A stretch of 50,721 nucleotides of DNA from an uncultured Bacillales bacterium (GCA_946647665.1 CAMPCW010000002.1:1-50721), one strand, 5' to 3'; counted from the first letter of the stretch, positions 39,675 through 47,817 are shown. Translations and numbers: made by a program. The notes: generated from the letters alone by a model not told the origin.

Positions 39675-40340
39675 ATGGATATTCAAATTGTTAAAGTCAA
39701 AGAAGATATATTAATCGAAAATAATAAGAAAGCAGACTCTTTAAGAGCATTTTTAAAAGAAAAAGGCATTTATTTTATTAATGTCATGGCCTCTCCTGGA
39801 AGCGGCAAGACTACTTTACTAACTCGAGTCATTAACTCTTTAAAATCTAAATATCGTATTGGTGTACTTGAGGCTGATATAGACGGGGATGTTGATGCGG
39901 AAAGAATTAGTCAAAATACCGGTGTTAAAGTCATTCAAGTTCATACTTCAGGAGCGTGTCATTTAACTGCCCAAATGGTGGAAGATGCTTTAAAAGCCTT
40001 TGGGGTGGATGATTTAGATTTAATTATTTTAGAAAATGTTGGTAATTTAGTCTGCCCAGCAGAGTTTGATACAGGCAGTAATATAAACATGATGTTACTA
40101 TCAACTTCTGAAGGACATGATAAACCATTAAAATACCCGCTTATGTTCCAAGTCAGTAAAATCGCGGTTATTTCTAAAATGGATGTCGCTGAAGTTTTTG
40201 ATTTTGACATTAATAAGGCTAAGACAAACATTTTATATAGAAATCCTGAGGCAAAAATCTTTGCCCTTTCCTCTATAAAAAACGAAGGTGTTGATAGCCT
40301 AATTAACTACATCGATGGCCTAATTCAAAAAGGTAAATAA
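39675..40340 (+). CDS. hypB: HypB-type G3E metallochaperone GTPase, paralogue 2
   Basis: ASPGSGKTTL P-loop, ACHLTA, ENVGNLVCPAEFD and SKMD; clearly alignable over most of its length with 38930..39604. Confidence 0.8.
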   Translation: MDIQIVKVKEDILIENNKKADSLRAFLKEKGIYFINVMASPGSGKTTLLTRVINSLKSKYRIGVLEADIDGDVDAERISQNTGVKVIQVHTSGACHLTAQMVEDALKAFGVDDLDLIILENVGNLVCPAEFDTGSNINMMLLSTSEGHDKPLKYPLMFQVSKIAVISKMDVAEVFDFDINKAKTNILYRNPEAKIFALSSIKNEGVDSLINYIDGLIQKGK

Positions 40341-40341
40341 T

Positions 40342-41184
40342 ATGAAATATTATAACGAACAGTCTTTTAGCGGTGAACGCGCAGTATTTATGGAAAAAGA
40401 CGCTACTTTTTATAAGTGTTATTTTCATGATGGAGAGTCTCCATTAAAAGAAAGTAAAGATATTCAAATAATTGAATCAACTTTTCAGTGGAAATATCCA
40501 ATTTGGTATTCAACAAATGTTAAAGTTAGAAATTCAAAATTGTTATATACCGCTAGAAGTGGAATTTGGTATACAAAAAATATTGAAATCACTGACTCAG
40601 TTATTGAAGCGCCAAAAACATTTAGAAGAAGTGAAAATATCTCTTTAATAAATGTTAAATTACCACATGCTGATGAGACACTTTGGAAATGCAAGGGTGT
40701 TAAACTAATTAACGTTGAAGTTAAGGGTGATTATTTTGGTTTTAATTCTGAAGATTTAATAATTGAAAATCTTAATCTAGATGGAAATTATGGCTTCGAT
40801 GGAGCGAAAAACATCAAAATCCATAACTCTATTTTGAAAACTAAAGATGCTTTTTGGAATGTGGAAAATGTTGTAGTTACTGATTCCACAATAATTGGCG
40901 AATATTTAGCGTGGAATAGTAAAAACATTACATTTATTAACTGTAAAATTATTTCTCATCAAGGCTTATGCTATATGGATAATGTCAAAATGGTTAACTG
41001 TGAATTGATTGATTCTGATTTATGTTTTGAATTTTGTTCTCGTTTAGATATTAAAGTTAACAGTGTTATTGATTCGATTAAAAACCCTTATTCTGGAAGA
41101 ATTGAATGTAAAGGCGTAAAAGAATTAATTTTAGAAGAAGATAAAATAGATCCAGCTTTAACGGAGATTGTTATTAATGGCTAA
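40342..41184 (+). CDS. DUF3737-like beta-helix repeat protein
   Basis: Repetitive ..N..I.NS.I... pattern and N-terminus YNEQSFSGERAVF; family assignment is from memory of DUF3737 sequences. Confidence 0.5.
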   Translation: MKYYNEQSFSGERAVFMEKDATFYKCYFHDGESPLKESKDIQIIESTFQWKYPIWYSTNVKVRNSKLLYTARSGIWYTKNIEITDSVIEAPKTFRRSENISLINVKLPHADETLWKCKGVKLINVEVKGDYFGFNSEDLIIENLNLDGNYGFDGAKNIKIHNSILKTKDAFWNVENVVVTDSTIIGEYLAWNSKNITFINCKIISHQGLCYMDNVKMVNCELIDSDLCFEFCSRLDIKVNSVIDSIKNPYSGRIECKGVKELILEEDKIDPALTEIVING

Positions 41185-42337
41185 ATATAATTTCGATACT
41201 TCCATTAATAGAAAAGAAACTTATAGTATCCGCTGGGACGTAAAAGATGGAGAATTACCATTAAATATCGCTGACATGGATTTTTTGGTGATGCCAGAAA
41301 TTGAAAAATCAATTAAATCTAGGGCGGAACAGGCTTGTTATGGTTATACCTATGTTCCTGATTCGTATTATGAAGCTTATATCCGTTGGTGGAGAGATCG
41401 TCACAACACTAGATTAGAAAAAGACTGGTTTGTCTATTCTAAATCTGTAGTGGCATCTATAGATTCTATCTTTAAACATTTAGGTAAACCAAATGATGTA
41501 GTAGTGATGCTTACTCCTGTTTATAATGTGTTTTTTAACTGTATTGAAAACAATAACTTAGTTCTTAAAGAATGTGAATTCATTATAAATGAGGAGTTTA
41601 GTATTGATTGGATAAAATTAGAAACTCAATTGCGTGGAGCAAAATTCTTCTTATTATGTAATCCTCATAATCCGTTAGGAAGAAAATTTACTATCGATGA
41701 ATTAAATAAGATAATTAACCTCTGTAAGCAAAACAATGTTTATGTAATATCCGATGAAATTCATGGCGATATTGATCTAAATAAAGGAAGATATATCTCT
41801 ATTTTAAATAGTGGAGTTACTCGATACGATAAAGTTATTACATTGTTATCTCCTAGCAAGATGTTTAATGTCGCTGGATTACATTCTTCAGTTGCGGTTA
41901 TATCTAATAATAAGTTAAAGGAAATGGTGCAAAATGGGTTTTGGCAAGACGATATTGGTGAGCCAAATTATTTTGCTATCGATCCAATTATTACCGCTTT
42001 TAGCTATGGAGATGAATACGTAGATCAATTAAACTCATATTTAAATGAAAATAGAACATTTTTAATTGAATTTTTGATCAAAAACCTACCAAATTTAAAA
42101 ATTGTCAGTGGAACTTATACATATTTAGTGTGGATTGATATTTCTTGTTATAGTAAAGATTCAAGGCTATTTGCTAAAAGGCTACAAGAGGCTACTGGCT
42201 TAGTTGTCGCTCCTGGAATTAACTATGGAAAATCTGGAGAAGGATATATTAGATTAAATATTGCTACTCCAAGAGATAATTTAATAGATGCATGTAATAG
42301 ATTAATGAATTATATAAGCGAAAATGAGGAGGAATAA
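41177..42337 (+). CDS. MalY/PatB-type PLP-dependent C-S lyase (class I/II aminotransferase fold)
   Basis: FDTSINRKETYSIRWD N-terminus, NPHNPLGR, SDEIHGD and SPSKMFN (PLP Lys) blocks; ATG 41177 overlaps the upstream stop. Confidence 0.8.
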   Translation: MAKYNFDTSINRKETYSIRWDVKDGELPLNIADMDFLVMPEIEKSIKSRAEQACYGYTYVPDSYYEAYIRWWRDRHNTRLEKDWFVYSKSVVASIDSIFKHLGKPNDVVVMLTPVYNVFFNCIENNNLVLKECEFIINEEFSIDWIKLETQLRGAKFFLLCNPHNPLGRKFTIDELNKIINLCKQNNVYVISDEIHGDIDLNKGRYISILNSGVTRYDKVITLLSPSKMFNVAGLHSSVAVISNNKLKEMVQNGFWQDDIGEPNYFAIDPIITAFSYGDEYVDQLNSYLNENRTFLIEFLIKNLPNLKIVSGTYTYLVWIDISCYSKDSRLFAKRLQEATGLVVAPGINYGKSGEGYIRLNIATPRDNLIDACNRLMNYISENEEE

Positions 42338-42340
42338 TCT

Positions 42341-42898
42341 ATGAAAAAGAAAATGAATATTTGCCCAGCAATATTCCCGATGCCTGTAATTTTAATAGCA
42401 ACCTACAACGATGATGGTTCTATCGATGTAATGAATGCGGCTTGGGGATGCGCATTTGACACAAAACAAATTGAACTCAATATTTCTGATTCCCATCGTA
42501 CTACTGAGAATATTAGAAAAAGAAAAGCGTTTACTGTTTCTTTAGCAGATGTTAGCAATATGGTTCCAGCGGATTTTGTTGGTATTGTATCTAGTAAAAA
42601 TGATCCAAAGAAGTTTGAAAAAACTGGTTGGAAAGCTCATAAAAGCGAATTAGTGGACGCGCCAATTTTAGATGACTTACCTTATTCTTTAGAATGTACA
42701 CTTGAATGTTTTAAAGAGGACTATGGAATTATTGGTAATATTGTTCAACTCTTAGTGGATGATAAATTTTTAGATGAAAATGGTAAAGTCAATTTAGAAA
42801 AGATGCAAATCATTTCTTATGATCCTTTTAACCATGGCTATTATGTGGTGGGTAAAAAAGTTGGACAAGCATTTTCAGAAGGAAGAAAAATCAAATAA
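42341..42898 (+). CDS. Flavin reductase-like (flavoredoxin) family protein
   Basis: 185 aa; P.PVILIATY..DG..DVMNAAW pattern typical of the FMN-binding split barrel. Confidence 0.65.
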   Translation: MKKKMNICPAIFPMPVILIATYNDDGSIDVMNAAWGCAFDTKQIELNISDSHRTTENIRKRKAFTVSLADVSNMVPADFVGIVSSKNDPKKFEKTGWKAHKSELVDAPILDDLPYSLECTLECFKEDYGIIGNIVQLLVDDKFLDENGKVNLEKMQIISYDPFNHGYYVVGKKVGQAFSEGRKIK

Positions 42899-44067
42899 TG
42901 GAAGATAACGTTTCCAAATTATTATCTGAATATAAAAAGATATTTGATAGTGACGCTGAACACGTTTTTTCCTGTGGTGGCCGCTTTGAAATCTTGGGCA
43001 ATCATACAGATCATAACCACGGTCTTTGTTTAGCCAGTGCTTGTAATTTAGAAATTGTTGCTTCGGTTAGAAAAAACGATTCTAATAAAGTCTTGTTTCA
43101 ATCCCTAGGTTTTGAGCTAGATGAAGTAGATTTATGTGATTTAAACGCGAATAAAAAAGAATACGCAACTTCAAAAGGATTAATTAGAGGTGTCGCTGCT
43201 TATTTAAAAGAACACGGCTATAAAATAGGAGGATTTAACGCCTATAGCGAATCTTCTATTTTTAAAGGAGCAGGTGTATCTAGCTCTGCAGCTTTTGAAC
43301 TTTTAGTAGGTTATATATTTAACGTTTTATATAATAACGGTAAAATCTCAAAATTGGAGTTGTGTAAAGCTGGTAAATACGCAGAAAATGAATATTTTGG
43401 AAAGAAAAGTGGTCTTTTGGACCAAATTGGAGTTGGCTTTGGTGGAGTTGTAAAAATTGATTTTAAAAATATCAATGACCCATTTGTTGAACAAATCGAA
43501 TTCCCATTTAAAGATTTACACTTTGTTTTAGTAAATACTGGTGGAGATCATTCGTCTCTCAGTGATTTATATTCTTCTATCCCTAGTGATATGTATGAAG
43601 CCGCAAAAGCGTGTGGACATAACTTTTTAGTCGAAGGGTCTATGGAAGAAGTTGAAGCTCATAAAAGTGAGATGAGTGAATCATCTTACTTAAGAGCGAA
43701 ACATTATTATGGAGAAAACGATAGAGTAAGAAATGCCTTTAAGGCTTTACAAGATAATAACCAAGAAATGTTCTTGAAAATGATTAACGAATCTAGAGAG
43801 TCTTCCTCTAAATATTTAAAAAATATGATGGTGGAATCTAACTACAAAGGTTCACCATTAGAAGCTTGTGATTTATTAATGAAATATAGCGATAATCAAG
43901 GGGCTGTCAAAATTAATGGTGGTGGCTTTGCAGGAAGCGTTATTGCTTTAGTCCCTACTTCTAAATTAGAAAAAGTTTTAGAAAAAATGAAAGAACATTA
44001 CGGAGAAAATAATGTTCAAGAAATATTTGTTAGGGACAGTGGACCAAAAGTTATTTATAATAAGTAA
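42898..44067 (+). CDS. Galactokinase-family GHMP kinase
   Basis: [16 protein letters not shown] galactokinase signature-like block, GHMP motif [11 protein letters not shown], and [12 protein letters not shown] near the C-terminus. Confidence 0.75.
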   Translation: MEDNVSKLLSEYKKIFDSDAEHVFSCGGRFEILGNHTDHNHGLCLASACNLEIVASVRKNDSNKVLFQSLGFELDEVDLCDLNANKKEYATSKGLIRGVAAYLKEHGYKIGGFNAYSESSIFKGAGVSSSAAFELLVGYIFNVLYNNGKISKLELCKAGKYAENEYFGKKSGLLDQIGVGFGGVVKIDFKNINDPFVEQIEFPFKDLHFVLVNTGGDHSSLSDLYSSIPSDMYEAAKACGHNFLVEGSMEEVEAHKSEMSESSYLRAKHYYGENDRVRNAFKALQDNNQEMFLKMINESRESSSKYLKNMMVESNYKGSPLEACDLLMKYSDNQGAVKINGGGFAGSVIALVPTSKLEKVLEKMKEHYGENNVQEIFVRDSGPKVIYNK

Positions 44068-44081
44068 AGGAGAAAAAATAT

Positions 44082-44621
44082 ATGGAATTAAAAGGTAGTC
44101 GTACTGAGAAAAATTTAGAAATGGCATTTGCAGGTGAAAGCCAAGCAAGAAATAAGTATACTTATTTTGCCTCAAAAGCTAAAAAAGAAGGATATGAACA
44201 AATCGCTGCTATTTTCTTAGAAACAGCAGATAACGAAAAAGAACACGCGGAATTATGGTTTAAATACCTTCATGGTGGTGCTGTTCCTACTACTGAAGAA
44301 AACTTAAAAGCTGCTGCTGAAGGTGAAAACTTTGAGTGGACTGATATGTATAAAGAAATGGCAAAAGTCGCTAGAGAAGAAGGGTTTACTGAAATTGCTT
44401 GTAAATTCGAATTAGTCGCTAAAATTGAAAAAGAACACGAAGAAAGATATCTTGCTTTACTTGAAAAAGTGAAATCCAATAAAGTCTTTGTTAGTGATGA
44501 TGTCGTAATTTGGAAATGCCGTAACTGCGGACATATCCATGTTGGAAAAGAAGCTCCTGAGCTCTGCCCAACATGTAAACATCCAAAAAGCTATTTTGAA
44601 AGACAAGCTAAAAATTATTAA
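44082..44621 (+). CDS. rbr: Rubrerythrin
   Basis: Diiron ExxH helices ([16 protein letters not shown]) and a C-terminal rubredoxin-like CRNCG...CPTC. Confidence 0.9.
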   Translation: MELKGSRTEKNLEMAFAGESQARNKYTYFASKAKKEGYEQIAAIFLETADNEKEHAELWFKYLHGGAVPTTEENLKAAAEGENFEWTDMYKEMAKVAREEGFTEIACKFELVAKIEKEHEERYLALLEKVKSNKVFVSDDVVIWKCRNCGHIHVGKEAPELCPTCKHPKSYFERQAKNY

Positions 44622-44637
44622 TTCTTTAATATAAAAG

Positions 44638-44663
44638 ATACGGCCATTAGGTCGTATTTTTTT
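44638..44663 (+). terminator. Rho-independent terminator after rbr
   Basis: ATACGGCC-ATTA-GGTCGTAT (one G-U pair) followed by T7. Confidence 0.75.
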
Positions 44664-44701
44664 ATTGCCTAAATAGATATTTATTTTATAATAATAACGC
44701 T

Positions 44702-45571
44702 ATGAGAGTATTAGATGCTTGGCAAGGTTGGGTTGATTTCTGGCAAAAGTTTGCAGATTTTTTCTGGAAACCTGACGAAACTGGAATTAACTATCTTTCT
44801 CGTATTGGTGTAGCTATTGCTATTATCGTTTTCACTTGGCTTGTTCTTAAATTATTCAACCCATTACTTAAAAAACTATTTAAGGTCAAAAAAGGACCTG
44901 ATATTGATGTATCTGCAAAATTAATTATTCTTGGATTACTTAAATTTTTAATTTGGATCACTGTTGGTTTTATCGTTTGTAGTGTTTTAAAAATCAATTT
45001 ATCAGGAGTGGGCGGAATCATCGCTTCTGTTGGTGTCGCTCTTGGTTTAGCTTTACAAGATTTAGTCGGATCATTCTTCTCTGGCTTATTGATTATAAAT
45101 CAAAAAACTATTAGGACTGGTGACCACATTTTAGTTAAAAATGCCTTTGGGGAATGCGAAGGTGTTGTTAAAAGAGTTCATTTCTTCACCACAATTTTAA
45201 CTAGCTTCCAAGGTCAAAAAATTATCATCCCTAATAAAAATATGTCTAGTGCGGTTATTACTAACTACACTGTGAATGGAGAAAGAAGAATCGATTATGA
45301 TGTGGGAGTGAGCTATGATAGCGATCTTGAAGTTGTTAAAGAAGCTTTAGCCTCAGTAATTAAAGATGAACCGCTTGTGATTAATCCTGAAAAAACACAA
45401 GTATACGCTGAATCATTTGGACCATACTCTGTTAATATGAGACTAAGATGTTGGACTAAAGTTGATGATTATTGGACTTTATATAATCAACTAACCGAAA
45501 GAATCTATCTGGCGTTTAAGCAAAAAGGTGTTTATATTCCAAGTTCCACTGATAGAAATATTAAGAAATAG
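44702..45571 (+). CDS. MscS-family mechanosensitive channel
   Basis: TM helices followed by a beta-domain (GDHILVKNAFGECEGVVKRVHFFTTILTSFQGQKIIIPN). Promoter TTGCCT-16-TATAAT ends 9 nt before the ATG, and there is no SD. Confidence 0.85.
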   Translation: MRVLDAWQGWVDFWQKFADFFWKPDETGINYLSRIGVAIAIIVFTWLVLKLFNPLLKKLFKVKKGPDIDVSAKLIILGLLKFLIWITVGFIVCSVLKINLSGVGGIIASVGVALGLALQDLVGSFFSGLLIINQKTIRTGDHILVKNAFGECEGVVKRVHFFTTILTSFQGQKIIIPNKNMSSAVITNYTVNGERRIDYDVGVSYDSDLEVVKEALASVIKDEPLVINPEKTQVYAESFGPYSVNMRLRCWTKVDDYWTLYNQLTERIYLAFKQKGVYIPSSTDRNIKK

Positions 45572-45597
45572 CTGGCTATTGCCAGTTTTCTTTTTTT
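45572..45597 (+). terminator. Rho-independent terminator after the mscS-like gene
   Basis: CTGGC-TATT-GCCAG followed by TTTTCTTTTTTT. Confidence 0.75.
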
Positions 45598-45611
45598 AAA
45601 AAATTTTTAAC

Positions 45612-45659
45612 TTTTTTTCGCAAGAAATTAAAAAAATCCACTCTTTATATAATGTAGGG
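45612..45659 (+). promoter_or_regulatory. Conserved promoter module, copy B
   Basis: 46/48 identical to 18771-18818; -10 TATAAT at 45648-45653. Confidence 0.6.
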
Positions 45660-45805
45660 ACTTTTATAAGTTTCTATAATCCGAGACTCATCCAAGAGGC
45701 GCACTTTGGATGACTCTAGTGATTTTCTTTCTTCTTCAGTTTCTTTTTATCTAGATCATCTATGCGTTAGATGAGTCGAGGTAGGAGGGAGTTTTAATAT
45801 GAGAA

Positions 45806-45877
45806 ATGATCGTTGCTCTATTTGAGATCATCATAATCCTCTTGATTATAAAAAAAGACCCAAGCGACAAGCGTTAG
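45806..45877 (+). CDS. 23-aa hydrophobic peptide, type-I-toxin-like (copy 1, possibly frameshifted)
   Basis: MIVALFEIIIILLIIKKDPSDKR. The SD AGGAGGG at 45783-45789 is better placed for ATG 45799, which opens only MRNDRCSI*. Confidence 0.4.
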   Translation: MIVALFEIIIILLIIKKDPSDKR

Positions 45878-45890
45878 GGTCCAACCACAT
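45850..45890 (-). ncRNA. Predicted short antisense RNA overlapping the 3' end of peptide gene 1
   Basis: Minus-strand promoter TTGACT-17-TATCTT (plus coordinates 45923..45895), then hairpin GACCC-N15-GGGTC (45857-45881) followed by T7 on the minus strand. Confidence 0.35.
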
Positions 45891-45982
45891 CTAAAAGATA
45901 ACTGAATAACGCTTAAAAGTCAAGTTCTCTAATAGAGTCTTGATTAAATCCTTTGATAGGGCTATTGCCTATTAATAGGAGT

Positions 45983-46011
45983 TTGTCTCGTGGTCTCTTT
46001 GCACTTTTAAT
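45983..46011 (+). promoter_or_regulatory. Putative promoter of peptide gene 2, preceded by the 12-bp palindrome CCTATTAATAGG (45968-45979)
   Basis: TTGTCT-17-TTTAAT. Confidence 0.35.
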
Positions 46012-46053
46012 CATCTATCGTGATGTATCAAAAGGTAGAAAGGTGTGATTATT

Positions 46054-46143
46054 ATGTCTTCTAATAAGATGACAGTAATTATCTTAATTCTAGAAATAGT
46101 GATTTTGATACTTACAGTAATAATAAAAGCCCTAAGCAAGTAA
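46054..46143 (+). CDS. 29-aa hydrophobic peptide, type-I-toxin-like (copy 2)
   Basis: MSSNKMTVIILILEIVILILTVIIKALSK; SD AAAGGTG lies 8 nt upstream. Confidence 0.45.
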   Translation: MSSNKMTVIILILEIVILILTVIIKALSK

Positions 46144-46160
46144 CTAGGGCAACCAACTAA
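46121..46160 (-). ncRNA. Predicted short antisense RNA overlapping the 3' end of peptide gene 2
   Basis: Minus-strand promoter TTGACA-17-TACATT (plus coordinates 46193..46165), then hairpin GCCCTAG-N8-CTAGGGC with one mismatch (46129-46150) followed by TTTTATTATT on the minus strand. Confidence 0.35.
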
Positions 46161-46270
46161 TTATAATGTAGACCACGCGGTTACTAATGTCAACATTAAT
46201 AGTAGCTTTAGATTTATCTAGTTCGCCATTATGGGTAAAATAGGCTACTAATTGACGTAGGAAATCTTTC

Positions 46271-46299
46271 TTTACAAGACTATGAGCGATATGTATAAT
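46271..46299 (+). promoter_or_regulatory. Sigma-A-type promoter of rpsF-ssb-rpsR
   Basis: TTTACA (46271-46276), a 17-nt spacer, then TGTATAAT (extended -10; TATAAT at 46294-46299). Confidence 0.65.
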
Positions 46300-46371
46300 A
46301 CATATGCTAAAGTTAGCAAAACTCTGCTATTAATTAAATTCAATAGCCGTTAGACCAAGGAGGAAAAGAAA

Positions 46372-46662
46372 ATGCGCAAATACGAAATTATGTACATTTT
46401 AAGAGCCGACTTAGAAGAAGCACAACGTAAGGAAGTCATGGAAAAGCTTGCCAAAATTATCACTGACAATGGTGGTAAAGTTGAAGAAACAAGCGAAGCT
46501 ATGGGCTTACGTGAACTTGCTTATCCAATTAAGGAACAATCTAAGGGTTACTATGTTGTACTTAAGGTTTCTATGGATAACAAAGCGATTAATGAATTCA
46601 ATCGTTTAGTCCGTATCAACCCAAGTGTCCTACGTCATCTTATTGTTGTAGAACACAAATAA
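46372..46662 (+). CDS. rpsF: 30S ribosomal protein S6
   Basis: MRKYEIMYILR.. N-terminus; SD AAGGAGG. Confidence 0.97.
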   Translation: MRKYEIMYILRADLEEAQRKEVMEKLAKIITDNGGKVEETSEAMGLRELAYPIKEQSKGYYVVLKVSMDNKAINEFNRLVRINPSVLRHLIVVEHK

Positions 46663-46676
46663 GGAGGATCATGTAA

Positions 46677-47111
46677 ATGATTAATCGTGTCGTTTTAGTG
46701 GGTCGTTTAACTAGAGATCCAGAACTCAGAAAAACCACATCCGGAAACTCTGTCTGTACATTCACAGTCGCTCTAGACAACAGAATGAAAAATCCAGATG
46801 GTTCTAAAGGAACAAGCTTTATTCCTTGTACAGCCTTTACAACCACCGCGGAAACAGTTTCAAAATTTGCCCGTAAGGGATTATTAGTTGGAGTCGAAGG
46901 TCGTCTTAATCAAAGAAGCTTCATTCGTCAAGATGGACAAAAATCAAGTGTTATCGAAGTATTATGTGACTCAGTTCAATTCTTAGAAAAGAGAAATGAA
47001 GAAGTCGCTAATGAAGAAATGGATATTCCACCATTTGATGACGTTGTTCCTGCTGAAGAATCTAAGAATTTAGACAGTATTGAAATTACTGATGACGATC
47101 TCCCATTCTAA
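46677..47111 (+). CDS. ssb: Single-stranded DNA-binding protein
   Basis: [20 protein letters not shown]-fold N-terminus and acidic tail DDDLPF. Confidence 0.97.
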   Translation: MINRVVLVGRLTRDPELRKTTSGNSVCTFTVALDNRMKNPDGSKGTSFIPCTAFTTTAETVSKFARKGLLVGVEGRLNQRSFIRQDGQKSSVIEVLCDSVQFLEKRNEEVANEEMDIPPFDDVVPAEESKNLDSIEITDDDLPF

Positions 47112-47128
47112 GAAAGGAAGATAAAATA

Positions 47129-47356
47129 ATGGCATTTAAGAAAGTTAGACCACACAAGAAGGTCTGTTACTTCAAGAAAAATAACATTACCCACATCGAT
47201 TATAAAGATGTTGAAACATTAAAGATGTTTATTGCTTCTAATGGAAAAATTTCTCCACGTAGAACAACTGGTACATGTGCAAAACATCAAAGAGAATTAG
47301 CTGTCGCAATTAAAAATGCGAGATTTATGGCTCTTCTCCCATATGTTGCTGACTAA
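47129..47356 (+). CDS. rpsR: 30S ribosomal protein S18
   Basis: [41 protein letters not shown]. Confidence 0.97.
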   Translation: MAFKKVRPHKKVCYFKKNNITHIDYKDVETLKMFIASNGKISPRRTTGTCAKHQRELAVAIKNARFMALLPYVAD

Positions 47357-47472
47357 TTAAAGTCTGTAGCAGGACAGTCGCGATTTGCCTCAGTTGGCTA
47401 AAAATGACTTTCCTCGCAAAGCATTAGTCGAAGTATATGAAGAAGTCCTAAGTCTAGGGCTAAATCAATGTA

Positions 47473-47503
47473 AATTAAGTCGTCCGTAATGGATGGCTTT
47501 TTT
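47473..47503 (+). terminator. Terminator with conserved AATTAAGTCGTC left arm, copy 1
   Basis: AATTAAGTCGTCC-GTAA-TGGATGGCTT + T-run; the stem needs G-U pairs, so it forms only in the + strand RNA. Confidence 0.6.
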
Positions 47504-47553
47504 GTTGCATTAATAAATACTAAGTATATAATTTTCGTAGGAGATTAATTTAT

Positions 47554-47817
47554 ATGGTGATGAAAAGACATTTGCTTTTAAACAAGATAGCAACAATATC
47601 TTTAATTGTTTTGGCTGCTGCTGGATTTATTGCTGGCTTTGTGTTGGCTTTTTCTTTAAAATCCGTTTATCGTGAAGAGTATCAATACGTAGCTTACTTA
47701 TTATATATCCCAGCGGTTAGTGGAGGTTCGCTTGTTCTTTCTGTCCCAGGGATATTTATTCTTTTGTGGATAAGAAAAGATTATTACGAACTAAACGCTA
47801 AGGTTTCAAAACAATAA
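47554..47817 (+). CDS. Small two-TM membrane protein, unknown function
   Basis: SD TAGGAGA lies upstream; 87 aa; two hydrophobic helices. Confidence 0.5.
   Translation: MVMKRHLLLNKIATISLIVLAAAGFIAGFVLAFSLKSVYREEYQYVAYLLYIPAVSGGSLVLSVPGIFILLWIRKDYYELNAKVSKQ

Noticed and set aside
31113-40340. A simple functional link in which hypA/hypB mature the nearby hydrogenase.
   Set aside because: The hydrogenase is of the [FeFe] type (H-cluster motifs). By established knowledge it uses HydE/F/G, not the Ni chaperones HypA/HypB. The genes are also in separate operons on opposite strands.
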